Origin: a virus
Lineage: Duplodnaviria > Caudoviricetes
Length of the DNA stretch: 64,000 bases
IMG/VR virus record: IMGVR_UViG_3300028797_000145
Location: 1 to 64,000 of that record
Reading direction: 5' to 3' (one strand)
Of the stretch, positions 39,401-48,272 are shown one piece after another. The notes beneath the pieces were generated by a model. That model ran no database searches and was not told where the DNA came from. It saw nothing but the letters and a program-made list of their open reading frames with translations. Each line of letters starts with the position of its first letter. Positions within the stretch are counted from its first letter, which is position 1. The position numbers were made by a program, and so were the translations under genes.

Positions 39401-39586
39401 TTAGGCCTCCTCTTCCTTTGCTTCCTCATTAAACTTCTCAGCTTGCTCATCCGCTTTCATTGCCAAGGAATCCATTGCTTGTACAAACAGTACATTTGTT
39501 GCTTTCTTTTTCATATACATACCAATTGCTACACATCCTGCTACTGCTACTACAACTACGGTTCCTAATACAACTTCTTTGTTCAT
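39401..39586 (-). CDS. Single-TM small protein
   Basis: MNKEVVLGTVVVVAVAGCVAIGMYMKKK; RBS GGAGG; promoter-like element 39617-39645. Confidence 0.65.
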   Translation of the reverse strand: MNKEVVLGTVVVVAVAGCVAIGMYMKKKATNVLFVQAMDSLAMKADEQAEKFNEEAKEEEA

Positions 39587-39680
39587 ATCGCTACCTCCTA
39601 AAAGTTTTATTGTTGTTGCATAATAGAAGGTGTTAAATTTGCGAACTGTAAAAATAAAAGGGAATGTTAAACTCACGCTC

Positions 39681-39868
39681 AGTGTAGGAATAATGTAGGA
39701 ATAAACCAAAATATAATACTATTTATTAAATTTAACCGCATCTAAAAGCCCTTATAGTAAGGACAATCCTACATAGATACGGTAGCATTAATTCTCTGAA
39801 TAAGAGAATAATGTTTGCCTAAATATAAGGCTTTGTAGCACCTCTAGTGTAGGAATAATGTAGGATTA
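39681..39868. mobile_element. Putative attP with integrase arm-type repeats
   Basis: AGTGTAGGAATAATGTAGGA direct repeat at 39681-39700 and 39846-39865 (each two TGTAGGA(A/T)TA units), inverted unit at 39765-39773, intergenic and close to the 3' end of int. Confidence 0.6.
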
Positions 39869-39936
39869 CTCACACCCGGACTGCTACGAAAAGATACTAT
39901 CCCATTCTAAATAGAATGTCAAGGATCCTTTTCAAA

Positions 39937-39976
39937 TAGTGGACCGACCTGCTTGAGGGATACAAGCCAGCCCACT
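39937..39976 (-). terminator. Hairpin terminating the late (tail) operon
   Basis: GTGGACCGACCTGCTTG...CAAGCCAGCCCAC inverted repeat with G-U pairs on the minus strand. Confidence 0.5.
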
Positions 39977-40139
39977 ATTAACGAAAAGGAAAAAATATAT
40001 AAATTAAGACAAACCAATCCTGTGGATATGCACATGAGAGTAAAGGCAACAAATTTGTATTCAAATATCTGCTTAGGAGGGTCTTCCCCGTATGGGCTAC
40101 AAGGAGACTTTCAGGAAAGGCTGTCTTAACTCCGAAATA

Positions 40140-40553
40140 TCACTCCTCCACCATGAATTTAATAGTGGCGAAGTCCCCGGGAACCATGTCGAGGTTCTCG
40201 ATCTCGGTAATACTGATGGTATCAATCTCGACGTCATTCTCAACTAGGCCAAGCTCTTTGAGTTCATTTTGCCAGTCTTCGAGATACTCTGATTTAACCT
40301 TGCGGATTACTTCACCGGATTCCAGCGTTTCCTCAACAGACTTCTCATCCGTCGAGTACGATGCAATGATGCTGTCTCGCATTGTGTGCATCTGCTCAGA
40401 AATGGTTGCGAGACGTTTCCTGTTCGTCTCGATCTTCCACAGAAGTTTGATCGAAAGCTTCTTGGAAGGATCTTTTGTATTGCAGATGCTATCCGGCGCG
40501 TCGAGTTTTGAAATAATTTCTTCAACTTCAATATTAGTAAATTTCTTTGTCAT
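40140..40553 (-). CDS. Hypothetical protein at the end of the tail operon
   Basis: 137 aa, helical/acidic. Confidence 0.7.
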   Translation of the reverse strand: MTKKFTNIEVEEIISKLDAPDSICNTKDPSKKLSIKLLWKIETNRKRLATISEQMHTMRDSIIASYSTDEKSVEETLESGEVIRKVKSEYLEDWQNELKELGLVENDVEIDTISITEIENLDMVPGDFATIKFMVEE

Positions 40554-40658
40554 TATTGTTTTTTCCTTTCTTTTGATTTAAAATAGCTTAAATTATGAAT
40601 ATCACCAGGCACGATTTACCCCACCCCGCTGTTCTGAGGTGGGGGTTGCGGTGGTTAG

Positions 40659-41432
40659 TCAAAGGTCAAGGCATACAAGGTGCATGTAAATGTTGTACTG
40701 ATGTGCCGATTCTGCTTGTGCCGTAGTCAAAAAGAAACTGATTGCTGAATCGGTAACATTGTTTAATGATATAAAATTTAACCCCGTGCTGTATTTCTGT
40801 ATTGCCGACACAACAAAACCGTTACTCCCTACCCAACCTAGCCCTGTAGGAATGTTTATACTACAACTTGCGTATTTCAAATTACCATACGCTGATGATA
40901 CAGCAATGCTGCTTGTTTGAGCAGAAATATATATATCTATAAATCCGCTACGTTGCTGAGAATAAAATACAGCTCTAGACATATTGGTACCAGCATTACT
41001 CGTTACTGTTTTGGTTGTCATATCGTCAGTGCTTTGTACCCAACTTCTAGTAGCGATCGTACTCGTTTCATTTGGAAGTGTTAAGATTCTATTGGCGGTC
41101 ATAGAAGTACTTGGTTTAATATCGCAAGTATAGGCACCACCATTATAAAATCTTAATACACCCACATTAGTTGAAGCTTTGCCAACATATAACGTATTGT
41201 AGGCATAAACATAATTTGAATAAACTGTATTTATATATCCTTCATAAAACTTTTTATCACTAGTTCCTATCCGACTATAATTTGTATATCCTGGAACTAT
41301 GGCATATGAATCACTATAATTGTTGGAATCACCAAGGGATATTTCTCCATAAACAGTAATTCCAGAGTCGGATTTTATACCGCCAATGGCCCTAATTACT
41401 CCAGTCGTTATCAATTCATTTAACTGTGCCAT
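40659..41432 (-). CDS. Tail fiber / receptor-binding-like protein
   Basis: S/T/G-rich beta-type sequence, LTLPNETSTIATRSWV knot-like segment. Confidence 0.55.
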   Translation of the reverse strand: MAQLNELITTGVIRAIGGIKSDSGITVYGEISLGDSNNYSDSYAIVPGYTNYSRIGTSDKKFYEGYINTVYSNYVYAYNTLYVGKASTNVGVLRFYNGGAYTCDIKPSTSMTANRILTLPNETSTIATRSWVQSTDDMTTKTVTSNAGTNMSRAVFYSQQRSGFIDIYISAQTSSIAVSSAYGNLKYASCSINIPTGLGWVGSNGFVVSAIQKYSTGLNFISLNNVTDSAISFFLTTAQAESAHQYNIYMHLVCLDL

Positions 41433-41446
41433 ATCAGAGCTCCTTT

Positions 41447-42160
41447 CTACATTTCGTAAAGATTGTTGCTGTACAAGTCGCCATCTCTTTTTATAGATAT
41501 ATTTCCAGTATTCTCAATAAAGCATCCCGCTTTCCAAATTCCTGGCTTTAGTACAGTAACTAAATTAGTAGATGATGTGATATCGTACAGTTTAAAATCT
41601 CTTAAATATATGTCTGTTCCTAAAGATCCTGTATCCCAATATTCATAACCAAATTTAAAATCTCTATAGCTCAAATATGTTTCACCAGCTACGAATGATG
41701 AATACGAAGAAGTACATACTTTGTAAATATCATCATTTATAGTAAAACTGTACTGAAATGGAACCCAAACAGAGGATTGAAAATTTGAAGTAACAGGATT
41801 CGATTGAACTACGTCTGTTGGCGAAGGAGATAATCCTCCTCCTCCCCATCCAGCATTATTGGACCAGTATGTGCTAGATGCGGCGTTGCTTGATTGCCCT
41901 TTAACTTCAAACTTTATCACATATCTGTGTGACTTAACCATGGCATTCGAATCTGCACTGAATGGATTTATTATCAAACCACCCCACATTGTATTTCCAT
42001 CATTTGTTGGATTTTTGTTTGGTGGTCTATAAATTCTGTAGCCATCATCCGTAAGGGTTACTTGACAATTGCTTTGTGTATATTTGTTTAGTCCGTTTGA
42101 AAATGATTTATTCCATAAGGCATCATTACATTTTGCTATGATATTATCCATATAAATCAC
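41447..42160 (-). CDS. Tail-associated carbohydrate-binding-like protein
   Basis: N/S/G/W-rich; jelly-roll-like YLRDFKLYDI strand. Confidence 0.5.
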   Translation of the reverse strand: MIYMDNIIAKCNDALWNKSFSNGLNKYTQSNCQVTLTDDGYRIYRPPNKNPTNDGNTMWGGLIINPFSADSNAMVKSHRYVIKFEVKGQSSNAASSTYWSNNAGWGGGGLSPSPTDVVQSNPVTSNFQSSVWVPFQYSFTINDDIYKVCTSSYSSFVAGETYLSYRDFKFGYEYWDTGSLGTDIYLRDFKLYDITSSTNLVTVLKPGIWKAGCFIENTGNISIKRDGDLYSNNLYEM

Positions 42161-42161
42161 C

Positions 42162-44006
42162 TCATACTTCTATAAACTCATACGCGTAACAATTGCCTTT
42201 ATTATCAATAGACGCCGAATTATTATACAGATCTTTAACATCATTTTCGGATAGTGCTGTTACATAAATCCGAAAGTCAGATATATGACTATCTTCCAAA
42301 TATGAACTAGACGAAAATCCATGTCCTACACTAACATAAGTTAATGTCATAGTTCCAGTAGTTTCTTTACTACCTTCATTTACTCCGTTTCTGTATATTG
42401 TTATGTTAGACCCATTATAAACAGCTACAAAATGAGTCCATTTATTTAAAAGACTTTCTGCGGATCCTGCATTGTGTTGATAATAGTATTCCCCTCCAGG
42501 ATACTTAAAGCTATTATCTCCATACCAATACCAATCGCTATTTGTTGAACTTGTTGAACGGTTACTCCCGAATACCATTTTTCCAATAGCAGAGTGTTTT
42601 GCCCAAAATGATATAGTATACTCTGAAAATGTTATGCTTGGATTACCAAAAATTCCAGACGATTTAATAAAAAATGTGCAATTAGAATATTTTATAGAAT
42701 CTGAATATGTTCTAATACCATTTACTTCTCCATCTTTATTTGCATTATATCCATATCCAGAAGTATCATAAACTGTACTTTCATTTCTAGTACCTAAAAC
42801 ATATGGCGTTATATGATCTTTTCCTTCTTCTAAAGACCAACATCCAACCCAATAATTTACATTAGAATTGGGATAGGCATAAAAATATAACTGAACAGAA
42901 TTCGTTGTTGAAGAGGACGTAAATACACCCCAACATCTGTACCATCCATTTCCAAGATATTGCCTCCTATCTGCACTATATACACCGGCTTCTGTTATTT
43001 TAGTACCAGGACTACTAGGAGTTCCAGTATACTCATACCTATACAAAAAATTAGCGGTTTGTGTGGAAAAATTATCGCTAGTTTTAATATATGCAGAATA
43101 ACAATATGTCGTGGATGGTTTAATTGTTCTATTATCAAACCTGATGCCAAATCCACCTCCACCGGAAGTGTAAGTACACTGAATTTCACCAAGTGAGTCT
43201 GTTGGTATTGGATCATTAGTGCTGTCATAATCAACCACTATTGCGGAATGACCACCCCATCCAGAAGGGGACGATTGAGAAGGAAATCTTGTTACAGGAA
43301 CTACATTAGACGTATTTTCAATGTATTGATCATTAAGAGGATAATGTATTAATAAACCTTTTGATAATTCTTTAATCTCCCTAGGAGAAAGCTCATTATC
43401 ATAAAGTCTTACATCATTTAATTTGCAGACTGGCCTATAATTGCTATTATCACTCCATGTAGTTGACCAATTAAATAGATCGAATGGGCTACTTGCCGAT
43501 GCATTTTCATATCCGGTCAAAGTATACTCGACTAACCCATTAACCCATAACTTCAATACCTTTGACAATTTGTTATATGTAAGAGCTAAATGACACCATT
43601 TATCTTTAATATTAGTAGTACCATAATAAGACATAAAAGTTCTAGAAGAACCATTTCCGGTGTTACAACTTATTCTATAATCTGAATCTGAAACTTGCTT
43701 TACAGTTATACCAACCCCGGTATTATTAGAATGATTGTGGTTTGTTATAAGCCCATTTGCTGTATCACCTATTGTTGCTGATACATAAGCCCAACAAGCC
43801 ATTGTTATATCACCAGATAAAGTGAAGTTTATAGAACTTCTAAATAAATCAGAATATGCCGATGCTGTTCTTTCATAGCATTTTCCAATCTTTCCATTAT
43901 TATTTGCTGATAACTTTCCATTATTATTTACATACGAAAAAGATACATCTGATATTCCTTGATTATTTAAATTCCCTAAAAGAGGAAGCCATACTAATAA
44001 ACTCAT
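42162..44006 (-). CDS. LamG/concanavalin A-like jellyroll tail protein (two LamG-like domains flanking a CBM-like domain)
   Basis: WCHLALTY...LNDVRLYDNELS and WTHFVAVY...ISDFRIYVTALS. Confidence 0.75.
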   Translation of the reverse strand: MSLLVWLPLLGNLNNQGISDVSFSYVNNNGKLSANNNGKIGKCYERTASAYSDLFRSSINFTLSGDITMACWAYVSATIGDTANGLITNHNHSNNTGVGITVKQVSDSDYRISCNTGNGSSRTFMSYYGTTNIKDKWCHLALTYNKLSKVLKLWVNGLVEYTLTGYENASASSPFDLFNWSTTWSDNSNYRPVCKLNDVRLYDNELSPREIKELSKGLLIHYPLNDQYIENTSNVVPVTRFPSQSSPSGWGGHSAIVVDYDSTNDPIPTDSLGEIQCTYTSGGGGFGIRFDNRTIKPSTTYCYSAYIKTSDNFSTQTANFLYRYEYTGTPSSPGTKITEAGVYSADRRQYLGNGWYRCWGVFTSSSTTNSVQLYFYAYPNSNVNYWVGCWSLEEGKDHITPYVLGTRNESTVYDTSGYGYNANKDGEVNGIRTYSDSIKYSNCTFFIKSSGIFGNPSITFSEYTISFWAKHSAIGKMVFGSNRSTSSTNSDWYWYGDNSFKYPGGEYYYQHNAGSAESLLNKWTHFVAVYNGSNITIYRNGVNEGSKETTGTMTLTYVSVGHGFSSSSYLEDSHISDFRIYVTALSENDVKDLYNNSASIDNKGNCYAYEFIEV

Positions 44007-44026
44007 TAATATAACCTCCTTCTTTC

Positions 44027-45724
44027 CTAAGATACAAACTGAAAATCAACAGAATTCGTTGTCGAATTAAACACCATTCGTGCTCCGGATGTGTTTGCGG
44101 TATTTCCTCCGATAGTTACGGAGCCGCTTAATACTAAGTCGCCGTTAGTAGCATACACCCCGCTATTTGAATACGTCTGAGGATTAGCTGATTGCCCAGT
44201 AGCACCGATCAAAAATAATTTACTTGTTGAATTAGTTGAACCGGCCGTGTTTTTGGTATCAGATGGTGTTGCCCAGGTTCCATCTTTTTTAAGAAACGTC
44301 GAACCACTACTAGCAATACCAAGTTTTCCCTTAATATAATTGTATAATTTACTAACAGGCCTTCTATGATAAGTAACTGTTGTGGTACCGCCATTAGCAT
44401 ATTGCGAAACATAGTAATCACCATCGACTGGATCTGCATCTCCGGTTGTCAAACCATTAATCAAATCGGAGAGTGTGAATGACTGAGCAGTTCCACTAGA
44501 AGGTGTTAAGGTTACTGTCTGGGAATTACGAGTCATAGAATACGTAGTATTTGTCCACGGCACATTAACGCTCAAATATCCGCTCTTATCCAAAGCTACG
44601 GGATAAATTCGTCCGCTAGTCTCCGTAGCAGCTGCAGAATCATTAGTCAACTTTGTGAATGAGCGAAGATTCGTTTTGATTGTGCCTGATGTAGTTATAG
44701 CTGATCCGGAAGCCGTGATAAGGCCATCACCAGCCGCAACATTTGTGACGGTTCCACTTGGCTCATCACCAGAAGGAATCATTTCCCAAGTATTGGCGGA
44801 CGAAGTCTTACCATTGCATATGAATGTATCACCGACTTTTGCTGCAGTCCCTGCATAAGTACCAGCAGTAATGACTTTGTATGTGTCACCAATAGTTGCT
44901 GTGCCATCCACGGGAAGAGCAGTAACAGTACCACCAGTTCCAACAGTACCTTTAAATACCATCGGTTTTGGAAGGTTCTCGATCCATGTAGCATGATCAG
45001 AGATTGCGGATTGGAGAATGGTATCAATACGACCTACCCAAGTTGCTAACCCAATTGTCGATGGGATTGTCTCCGCGACAACGATCTCATGATCAACCAT
45101 TGAATAGGTACGGTCATGAATATTAGAAGGACTGACTATATTACCAATCCACGTTTTATGATCGTAAATGGCTGAACTAAGTATTGTTTCAATCTCGCCA
45201 ACCCAAGTTGGAACCGATATCAGATTACTTTTAGTGATATAGGTGATACTATGATCATCCATTGAATAGGTACGATCATATACGGTAGTTCCATCAACAA
45301 TGCCTTGAAAAGCACTACCGTCATACAAATAGCATGCTTTTGAATTCTTATCAAAATATACGCAATCCTTCTTACCAATAATCTCGCCAGTACCAGAAGT
45401 TACTAAATAGTATTTTGAACCATCCCACATATACCATAAACTATCGTCCGTTGCATAATACAGAGTATCAGCTGCTGGAGTAGCGACAGAATAAGGAATC
45501 ATTTTGGTGACAAAAGTAGTGTCATCTGCCAGAAACAACCCTACAACAACCGGATATTCATAAAACTTTCCGTCGTAATAATATCCTTCTGTTACTTTAT
45601 TACCTACCTCGTATATTGTTCCATCAATTCCAACCTTTTCAAGTTGGCCGGTAGCCGAACTTTGCGGGTTAGGTGTTACTGCGGATCCAGTATATGAGTT
45701 TCCGCCGTGCATTATTACACCCAT
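44027..45724 (-). CDS. Minor tail/fiber protein with internal duplication
   Basis: Two copies of (Y/H)DRTYSM.DH...TWVG.I.TIL.SAI.DH.TWI; G/T/S-rich. Confidence 0.6.
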   Translation of the reverse strand: MGVIMHGGNSYTGSAVTPNPQSSATGQLEKVGIDGTIYEVGNKVTEGYYYDGKFYEYPVVVGLFLADDTTFVTKMIPYSVATPAADTLYYATDDSLWYMWDGSKYYLVTSGTGEIIGKKDCVYFDKNSKACYLYDGSAFQGIVDGTTVYDRTYSMDDHSITYITKSNLISVPTWVGEIETILSSAIYDHKTWIGNIVSPSNIHDRTYSMVDHEIVVAETIPSTIGLATWVGRIDTILQSAISDHATWIENLPKPMVFKGTVGTGGTVTALPVDGTATIGDTYKVITAGTYAGTAAKVGDTFICNGKTSSANTWEMIPSGDEPSGTVTNVAAGDGLITASGSAITTSGTIKTNLRSFTKLTNDSAAATETSGRIYPVALDKSGYLSVNVPWTNTTYSMTRNSQTVTLTPSSGTAQSFTLSDLINGLTTGDADPVDGDYYVSQYANGGTTTVTYHRRPVSKLYNYIKGKLGIASSGSTFLKKDGTWATPSDTKNTAGSTNSTSKLFLIGATGQSANPQTYSNSGVYATNGDLVLSGSVTIGGNTANTSGARMVFNSTTNSVDFQFVS

Positions 45725-45753
45725 AAATATAACCTCCTCTTAATAGAACAATA

Positions 45754-46779
45754 TTAGATCAGAGTGTATAGTTTCATGCCGAAGAAAGTCGCGTTATTGC
45801 CAGAAGTTTTATCTGGAGATTTATAGTGATACCATCTAACTCCATAAACTTCTTGATGTACGGCTACCTCAAATACATTTATTGGGTATGGTAGACTTCT
45901 AGTAATCAGCAAATCCTCTACATCAATCCATTGACCACCTTGAGATGTTTGAATTTGTAATGTAAACGTCAGTAATTCATTTTGATACTCATACCGACCA
46001 ATCCACAACTTAACCTTACTAAGATTAATAGGATTTGCCAATTCATAACCGCCATAGGCATATCGCTGATCTTCGTATTCGTAATAGCTAGCGTAATTAC
46101 TACTCCAACCCTCGATCATATACTGAGTGTAATCGTTGGTTAAAGCGTCATAGATCTTCGTTCCGTCATTACCGAAATGATGTTCTGTATCATAGATTGG
46201 AGTGTCATTGGAAGTGTTGTACTCCTGAGTCGGCTTATCAACCGTATTAAATACGTACCAGTTTCCTCCAGATTTGGTATATATCTTTATGTCATACTCA
46301 GCATCTTGGGTATAAATATTACCATTATCACCAAGGCTACTATCTGGAACCGTGGTACCATAGAATGTTCCACCACCTCCTCCACCAGTTCCGCCCCCAC
46401 CAGAGGCATTGCTGATGAAGTAAAATGTGTTTGGATCGTTTTTCTCATTTTGAGACAAAGCATCATACTCGTCTTGAGTAACGGTTTTGTAGATCTTAAG
46501 ATCTTCAGTACTCTTATCACCTTTCAAATCAACGCCGTTAACCGAAGCAGGTGTACCAACTTCCTCCCAATTGGCAAGGACAGTATAGTCCAATGCTGTG
46601 AGACGGTATTTCTTATTCTCTGCCACAACGTATGTTTCCATACCGACATAAGCATAAGGAAATGCGCCGCTCGTAGTCAGATCGGACTTAGCAGGTACTA
46701 TGGATCTTGCATCCATGGGTGCCCCAGCAAGCATCTCAATGTTAGCTGACAGGCTGTATGTTCCTTTTGTCCTTGCCAT
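45754..46779 (-). CDS. Modular tail/adhesin protein
   Basis: N-terminal MARTKG..SL...P.DAR domain shared with 46803-48257; C-terminal discoidin-like beta sandwich. Confidence 0.6.
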   Translation of the reverse strand: MARTKGTYSLSANIEMLAGAPMDARSIVPAKSDLTTSGAFPYAYVGMETYVVAENKKYRLTALDYTVLANWEEVGTPASVNGVDLKGDKSTEDLKIYKTVTQDEYDALSQNEKNDPNTFYFISNASGGGGTGGGGGGTFYGTTVPDSSLGDNGNIYTQDAEYDIKIYTKSGGNWYVFNTVDKPTQEYNTSNDTPIYDTEHHFGNDGTKIYDALTNDYTQYMIEGWSSNYASYYEYEDQRYAYGGYELANPINLSKVKLWIGRYEYQNELLTFTLQIQTSQGGQWIDVEDLLITRSLPYPINVFEVAVHQEVYGVRWYHYKSPDKTSGNNATFFGMKLYTLI

Positions 46780-46802
46780 GGTTTCTCTCCTTTAAAATAT
46801 CA

Positions 46803-48257
46803 TCAGGACCACTTGATCCTAATCTCTCTGCTACCCATAGCATAGCCAAGGTTGCAGGTGTAACGATCGTAAGACGTAGAATTGCCGCCAGCATCATCAT
46901 GGGTTACCGTAGTCTTTGTAAACTCGGTAGAGCAATTCTCCCACTGATTGCTGAGCGTATTCTTAACATCGATATTGGTTACAGTCCAACTGGACGGTAC
47001 GTCAAACACTTCCGGATACGTAACAGTGGTAGGCGGAAATACGAAAATATACTCTTTTGCCGAAGCAGAAACAAGACTATTCTTCGCAATTGTTCCAACT
47101 GCTGCAGTGTTACTCCACAAAGCATTAACAAACTCGTACTCGAATGCAGAAGAAGTAACAGATCCAGCACTCAAAGGTGAACTGTAGTCATTTCCAACAC
47201 TGTCCTTAGGCTGCTCACCCTGGGAATAGTTGATTTCAACAGTAAAGCTGTTATTCTGCTCGGTTACGGTCTCAGTAAAGGTATTACCAGCCTGAGCGGA
47301 ACCGCCATTCAATGCATAATCGGTAGCCGGGCCAGATCTATATCCGCTTGTGCCATATGCAGGGGTGATACCACCTCTGTTGAGTGTTGCAGTCAGAGTA
47401 ACGCTGACACTATCACCCTTCTCCAGAAGCTGATCACCGGTTCCGGTAAGCTGAGCAGAAGGATTTGTAAGTACAGGATACTCAATCGGATTAAGCATGT
47501 CTCTGAACAGAGTCTCGAAAGGTGTTCCCTGTGCATAAGTAGCACCAGCACTAATGCCACCGGTTGTCTTTGTTACGTTCAGCTGAGCATCCAGCTTATC
47601 GTCAGCATCGGCCTGGGTGTTCTTTGCAACCCAATGGTACGTTCCAGGAGTCTGAGTATCCTCCATACACTCATACCAATAGCCATTGATAAGAGTGGGC
47701 GGATTGTCCTGACCAACATACATCAAGATCTGGCCAGCATGATCGACATCTGCTGTCGGAAGGGTGTCTACCTGCAAAAGAGGCTGATAGCCTTCGAGAT
47801 TACCGGTGTATACATCGTGCTGGTATACTGGTGTAACATTATCTCCGGTATTAACGATTGCTACATCGGTACCGGCCGGATAGTTATGGCCGCTGCCTTC
47901 TACGAATGTGTTATCGGTCGTAAATGCGTCGGTAACGTTATACACAAAGCCAACTCTAGCAGCAGCCGCTGCCGGTAAGTTAGCAAATGCCACATTACCT
48001 GCAAACTGGAAGATCTGAGAATCGGTAGCTGTGCCATCTTCTCTCCAGTTAGCTAATACGGTGGGATCAGATCCGATCAGGGTGTATCGCTTAAGCTCGT
48101 CCTCGCAGAAAACCTGCATACCGATGTAGTAATACTGGAAAGTACCTACTGCGGTAAGATCTGTTTTGAGCTTTACGGTTTGTCTAGCGTCAAGAGGAGC
48201 ACTCACCAATGGCTCCAGTGTGCCTGCTAATGAAAAACTACCTTTTGTTCTTGCCAT
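46803..48257 (-). CDS. Modular tail/adhesin protein
   Basis: Shares its N-domain with 45754-46779 and its C-domain with 48273-49286. Confidence 0.6.
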   Translation of the reverse strand: MARTKGSFSLAGTLEPLVSAPLDARQTVKLKTDLTAVGTFQYYYIGMQVFCEDELKRYTLIGSDPTVLANWREDGTATDSQIFQFAGNVAFANLPAAAAARVGFVYNVTDAFTTDNTFVEGSGHNYPAGTDVAIVNTGDNVTPVYQHDVYTGNLEGYQPLLQVDTLPTADVDHAGQILMYVGQDNPPTLINGYWYECMEDTQTPGTYHWVAKNTQADADDKLDAQLNVTKTTGGISAGATYAQGTPFETLFRDMLNPIEYPVLTNPSAQLTGTGDQLLEKGDSVSVTLTATLNRGGITPAYGTSGYRSGPATDYALNGGSAQAGNTFTETVTEQNNSFTVEINYSQGEQPKDSVGNDYSSPLSAGSVTSSAFEYEFVNALWSNTAAVGTIAKNSLVSASAKEYIFVFPPTTVTYPEVFDVPSSWTVTNIDVKNTLSNQWENCSTEFTKTTVTHDDAGGNSTSYDRYTCNLGYAMGSREIRIKWS

Positions 48258-48272
48258 TTTGAATTCTCCTCC

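Noticed and set aside
5202-39645. The repeated element as an ordinary SigA promoter
   Set aside because: Fixed 14-nt spacing, conserved CGCA and internal C positions, and several copies lack the TA....T pattern of a -10 box. Not fully excluded without start-site data.
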